From the NCBI GenBank assembly GCA_037447605.1, contig CM074821.1, positions 1,054,001 through 1,118,000 of the forward strand: a DNA stretch of 64,000 bases. Direction: 5' to 3'. The notes beneath the pieces were generated by a model, which saw only the letters and a list, made by a program, of their open reading frames with translations, did no database searches and had not been told where the DNA came from. The translations under genes and the position numbers were made by a program. The stretch's first letter is position 1; each line of letters begins with the position of its first letter. The DNA is from Zygnema circumcarinatum SAG 698-1b (taxonomy: Eukaryota > Plantae > Zygnematophyceae). Shown in pieces: positions 58,744 to 64,000 of the stretch.

Positions 58744-61220
58744 ATGGGCGGTCTCCAAAGGTAAGAACAAGCTCCTGACGCCCATGCCATGCATGCTATC
58801 CCTGTCATGCCATCCATGCCATGCCATGCGCATGACATGACATGACATGCCATGGTTCCTTTTGGGCTCCTGGACGCATGCAAGCTTGCATGGCTGATAT
58901 CGTTCAGAGATGTACGGTTTCAGGCTCCTTTAAAGAAAAGAATGCGGATTTTTTTTTCTTTTTTCTTCATTTTTCGACATTGTTGATTAAACCGTTGAAC
59001 TAGTTTTTTTTCCAGATTTTTTTCGAGTCTTTTATATGCTCTTCTTATGGCGCATTTTTCGGTGATAATAAGAGCGAGTGGACTTAATTCGACGGTCCCC
59101 CCTCCAAGGTACCTTCCTCCTTAAATGCCACTTAAAAAAAAAAAAAAAAAAAACCTGAAGTCTGAGTTTCCAAAATCTCTTTCTTGTTTCTTTATTTTTG
59201 GTTTGTGGAATGCGCGGTTGTATGATTTTTTTAATCCAGGATTTTTTTTTTTTCGGGGGGAGCTGTAGTCCTGCGCCTCCTGTACCTCTCTCGTCTCAGA
59301 GCTCCACCGACTGCAAATACTCTTATACCAACAGTGTATGCAAACTACCATTTATTTCTTTACTTTTGTGTTCCAAAAATAAACAATTAACGAAAATTAA
59401 AATAAAGCAATAATGCTGAAGGACCTGCATTCCTTCCATAGACTTCCCTCTACTTTAACTCCCTTCGTCCATTTCTTCCCTCTCTCCCGTTCCCTCTCCC
59501 TCCCCTTCACTTGCCTCGTCCGCCTCTCTCCTGCGCTCCTTATCTCTCTCCGCTTCTACCCATCTTTCCACTTTCTGCTTTCCTCTCCCCCTCAGTCCTC
59601 CCCCCCCCTCCCCCCTTCCCCCTCCCCCGTCCCCCCTCCCTCTCCCTCTCCCTCTCCCTCTCCCCTCTCCCTCTCACTCATTTCTCATTTCTGTCTCCCT
59701 CCCCCATCTCCCTCCTCCCTCCCCACTCACTCCCTCCACTTATCCTCACTTCCCCCCCCCCCCCCCCATCTCCTACCCTTCCCCCCCTACCTTACCCCCT
59801 ATACTCACCCATCTCCCTCTCCCCCCATCTCCCCCTCCCTTCCTAATCCCCACTCCCTCTACTTATCCTCACTCTCTCTCTCCCCCCCATCTCCCTCCCT
59901 CCCTCCCGCAGAGTCCCTGCAAGTCGATCAGTACGGGAGCCGGCTTTCTCGTCGGCGCGGGAGTGTGTTTGGCCCTCCTCGTGTCTCTCTCTCTCGGCGT
60001 CTCTCTCTTCTGCCGCCGAAGGCGTCTGCAAGGGGGAGCCTCTGCGGGCAGCAGAGCCGAGGTGCCCTTTTCAAAACCCTAAAAAATTCATATTCTGGAT
60101 GTTTCTAGGGCAGTCTATTTGCTTAAGAAATTCAGAGCCAATGGGTTTAGGGCACTTCAAAGGGCAAGAGTTGGTTCAGAGTTTGGTGATGCTGAAGGTG
60201 GGTTTTATTGGTCCTTGCATAGAGCCCGCAGCTATGAGTGAGTGGTTTCGAGTTGGAGGTTTCGGATTGGAGATGTGTCGAGAGGTGCAAAATATCAAGA
60301 GGAAGTCATGCACCTTTTTTACGCGTTTCTGTCATGCAAGCTGAATTTTTCTAAAGCTTAAATGGATAATGTGATATAGTACGTGTGTAGTGGGTTAAAC
60401 TAAAGAATTTTATTAAGTTTGAAAGACAGGAGAATCGGAGTTATATAAAAATGTGCGCAAAATGCCCAAAATTTTGAATACTGATAATCTGATTGACACT
60501 TTAACAGAGTAGCAGCTCTCCTTAACTTCACATCTCCTCGGAAAAACTCTCCCAAACATTAATTCCTCTTTTGTGAAACCCTTCTTGAAGCCTTCTTGGA
60601 GCCCCAAATTCCTTACAATTCCGTACTGACTGGTAAAAAACTTGCAGGCCTTAATGAAGTTAGAGGGACCAATCATAGGCTTCCACGTGGCGATGCCTGG
60701 CAAGTCACAACCCTCATATTTGGCGTGGCTTGACGTCCAAGAAAACTCCACAAAGGGACCTTCTCCCCACTCTCCGGACTCGACCCTTCACTCCGCCCAC
60801 AGCTCCCTCCATGGCTGCAATTGGTATATGGGGGCCGCCCAGGACATGGAGCAGCCGGATTTGGAAAAGGGGGGTTCAATGAGAGGTGGGAGAGAGACAA
60901 CTTTTGTCACGTCACACGAACCAATGGGAGAGCGGAGCTTACATGGCGAGCAGGAGGCTCCGGGAGGGAAGAGAGGGGAGGGAGAGATGGGAGGGGAGAG
61001 AGGGCTTGCAAGAGGGGCGGATGCGGATGTTGCTGCTCTGAAGACTGTGCGGTCAGATGAGGCGGAAGGGGAGAGGGAGGGAGAGAGGGAGAGGGAGGGA
61101 GAGAGGGAGAGGGAAGGGGAGAGGGAGGGGGAGAGGGAGAGGGAAGGGGAGAGGGAGAGAGAGAGGGAGACGGAAGGGGAGAGGGAGGGAGAGAGGGAGA
61201 GGGAAGGGGCGAGGAAGTGA
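58744..61220 (+). CDS. Tentative small single-pass membrane protein with a GDU/VIMAG-like cytosolic motif, 4 exons
   Basis: Exons 58744-58760, 59300-59333, 59912-60061, 60648-61220 are phase-compatible GT-AG. TM segment GFLVGAGVCLALLVSLSLGVSLF followed by CRRRR, then GFHVAMPGKSQPSYLAW. The tail runs into a GA microsatellite, so the true end is uncertain. Confidence 0.5.
58780..58892. promoter_or_regulatory. CATG/RY (CATGCA) repeat cluster with a 16-bp palindrome
   Basis: catgccatgcatgc...catgcatccatgccatgccatgcgcatgacatgacatgacatgccatgg; CATGCAAGCTTGCATG at 58877-58892. Confidence 0.45.
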
Positions 61221-64000
61221 GAGAGGGAGAGGGAAGGGAAGAGGGAGGGAGAGGGAAGGGGCGAGGAAGTGAGAGAGGGAGAGGGAAGGGAAGAGGGAGG
61301 GAGAGAGGAAGACGGAAGGGGAGAGGGAGGGAGAGAGGGAGAGGAAGGGGAGAGGAGGAGAGAGGGAGGGAGCGAGGGAGAGGGAGCTGGAACGAAAATG
61401 AGGGAGGGGGGATAAGTGCGATGATGGCTTTCAGGGAGTGAGGAATTTTGAATTTTCTTCCAGCGAGGGGGCTCAAACAAAGCATGGTGCTATATGGAAT
61501 GGTTTGAAAGCGGCACTTCTGCTTCCAGTTTTGCTACTAAGTAAGCGCGAAATCACTGCCGGATTCAAATTTCCTATGATCCCCGATAGAGTTTTGCAGT
61601 ATTATTTTAAGATGCAAATAGTATAGAGGAAAGGAGGACGTAGGTACGTGAACACTGTAATTTAGCTGTACAATTTTGACCTGATTTGAAAAAATTAAAA
61701 TCAAAGTAGAGGGAAAGGCCAATCCAAGCTTACCACGTAAGCTGCTAAGAGTGTGTAGGTAACCCTTAGGGTTCGGCCCAAATAGTCTTTGAAAACCCCC
61801 TTTTCAATTTTTAGACCTTTCTTAGTAGCTTAAAGCTGTGCCTAAAGCGGCAGATCTATCTTGGAAGTGCCAACACTGCAAACTGAGTTAAATAGACCAC
61901 AAAGAGGAAAAACATTTGGTTTTGAAAATTAAGCTCATGGTTGTAAAGTGATCATTTACTGAGAGAAAATTGGTTGGTGACTTTCCAACAAAGCCCCAAA
62001 TCATGATTTGTGGGTGGCTTGGACCTCTGCTTTTGCAGCTTGTCAGAGAGTCTTTGTCCAAGAATTGTAACAAACGCGTGAAGGGAGGGAGGGAGGGAGG
62101 GAGGGAATCACATAAGTAGGGTTCGTGCTATGCCTAAGGAAGGCCTCTTTATATGAAGGCTTTCAAACTTAAAAAAAACTTCACACTCTTGGAATTCAAA
62201 ACCTGTGCACACTTTCAGGCACAGAAAAATGGTTTTTTCATTCAAAAAAAAAGTTCCATATTGGCTTTTTTGAAGTCTGGAAGGTCCGAATACTCCTGTG
62301 CAAACTGGCCTTTTTAATTGTCTTCCTACTGCAGGCCCTCTTCTATATGCTAAGTACCAAATCTCTTTCTCTATTACTTTTTTCGCACAGTCATCTGCAT
62401 ACTGTACAAGCACTTGCATTAGACAAAGGTCGGAATTTTAAAATGTTCATTTTCACGAATGAATATTGGGAACTGAGTGGGAAGACACTATATAATGAAT
62501 AGGTTGGATTGAGTTTATTTTCCTCGAATTACTGTAAACATTGAGAGTATGCTTCAGTGTCGTATACAAATCGCACCCTCGTCCTTCACCTGTTCCGCAC
62601 CTCATGCTTTCTTTTTTTTAACGTAGAAACAGCTCAAGCGTAAACTGCGAGATTTCGACAAATATTTCCCAGATCGTCTCTCATCATAACATAGGCATGC
62701 AAGCTCGTATAGCAGCACCCCTCTTAAGCTGGCAGTACTGTATCGGTAGGTGGACATGATGGCCATCATCGGCTTGACCTCTTATATGAATGTGACTTAA
62801 GGGAAAACCGTGCGAACGTCTCTATAAAAGTTTGCACACTGTTTAACTTTGTTCAAGCTGGTGGAATGAAATTACCGAGAGAAAATCCGTACAATTTGAG
62901 TATGAAGTAACAATGTCAAAGTGTATTACCGTGGGCCCACACACGAGGGCTCTTCTCGCCGCCCGATAGAAACAGGCCATCCTTCGTACCGGGATGGAAA
63001 TCTCAATGCGCATCTCACTTTTACTGCTTATTACCCGATATTTCATCGAAGGTCCAAGAGAGCTTCCCTAGAGACCAAGTCATCAAGCACCTCCGAAATC
63101 TCCAAAACTGATGTTTGTCACATACAAAAACCGACCCCTTACAAAAACATGACCTCCCCCTGGACAAGTACAAGGAAAAGTGATGCCTCCCGCCTACCAT
63201 GTGCATCATGAAGGTGCACACCATACTGCTGCATGATGCCATGTGCTAATCCATAAAGCTCAAAAACTTGTTTCTCACTCTCAAAAGCGGCCAATGATCT
63301 GATGCGTTCATAAAGCTACTCGGGAGTCTGCTCAGGTGGAGCAGAGGCTGCTGGATCCTTCTCCTCCTCGGGAACTCCTGCTGGAGGGGTAGATGGCTGC
63401 CCACCTGCAGTCATCAAGGTAGGGTTACTTTTGTACGTGTTTGCACGAGGGAAGGATGGACGCACCCATGGCGGAGAGGGGGGACGGGGGCGAAGGGGAG
63501 GTGGGTGGGGGGGCGGGGGGGGGCAGGGGAGGGGAGGAGAGAGAGAACGTGGGAGAGAAATCTTTACCTCTGCCGCGGCCCGTGAGAGAAACCAAACGGC
63601 CACTTCCACGCGCTCCAAGTGCTGCGGCTCTTGGTCCTCCCTGGAAACATCGACAACACTAACTGTGAATAATATATTTCTGGAGCGTGTTTATGAGAGA
63701 TTGGAACCGAGAATAGAAGAGAAAGGCAAAAAACGCGCAAACCTCATCACTGTATACAGACTCGCAGACTCGCAGTTTCGCTGCCTAACCTTCGGAGAAG
63801 TAAATACTCAAGCAACAACGCAGGCAAGTTAGACACTTAGACCTACGAAAAAAACAAAAGCTGAAGAATGCGAGTTAGTGGAAACACAAATGATGAGCAA
63901 AATGGATGACTGCCCTTCAAGGACTGGTGCTAAGTGCAGCATCTTGCAGGTTTAGGAAAAGGAACGGCCCCTCTGTAACTGACCTTGCCGCGCCCTCGAA

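Noticed and set aside
60788-61485. Long minus-strand Ser/Pro ORFs
   Set aside because: Antisense translations of GA-rich 12/18-bp repeats.

Overview
Eukaryotic, intron-rich nuclear DNA from a streptophyte plant or alga. A Zygnematophyceae (Closterium-like) origin is inferred from gene content and GA/CT-rich introns, not proven. I hand-spliced 12 protein genes: 5'-partial plastid TypA/BipA GTPase (+), a DOG1-domain/ankyrin-repeat fusion (+), a two-domain Kazal inhibitor with C-terminal membrane segment (+), a cytochrome-b5 front-end (delta-6-like) desaturase (-), RPN10 (+), a SUB1-like/O-fucosyltransferase-family protein with a Ser-Pro(n) stalk (-), a secreted FAS1 protein (+), an alliinase/TAR-type PLP aminotransferase with EGF domain (+, gapped), GatC (-) head-to-head with ClpP4 (+), SDHAF1 (+), and a tentative small single-pass membrane protein (+). 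Non-coding content includes a gapped Ty3/gypsy LTR element with a tRNA-Met PBS and odd LTR boundaries sitting inside inverted arms, several MITE families, a 5'-truncated 5S rRNA copy, a telomere-like 14-bp array, 18/21/24-bp minisatellites and dense G-box and CATG/RY clusters. Most of the supplied ORF track is antisense or microsatellite noise. No CRISPR array or tRNA gene was seen. All exon models and family assignments come from reading the sequence and recalled motifs; no database search was run.
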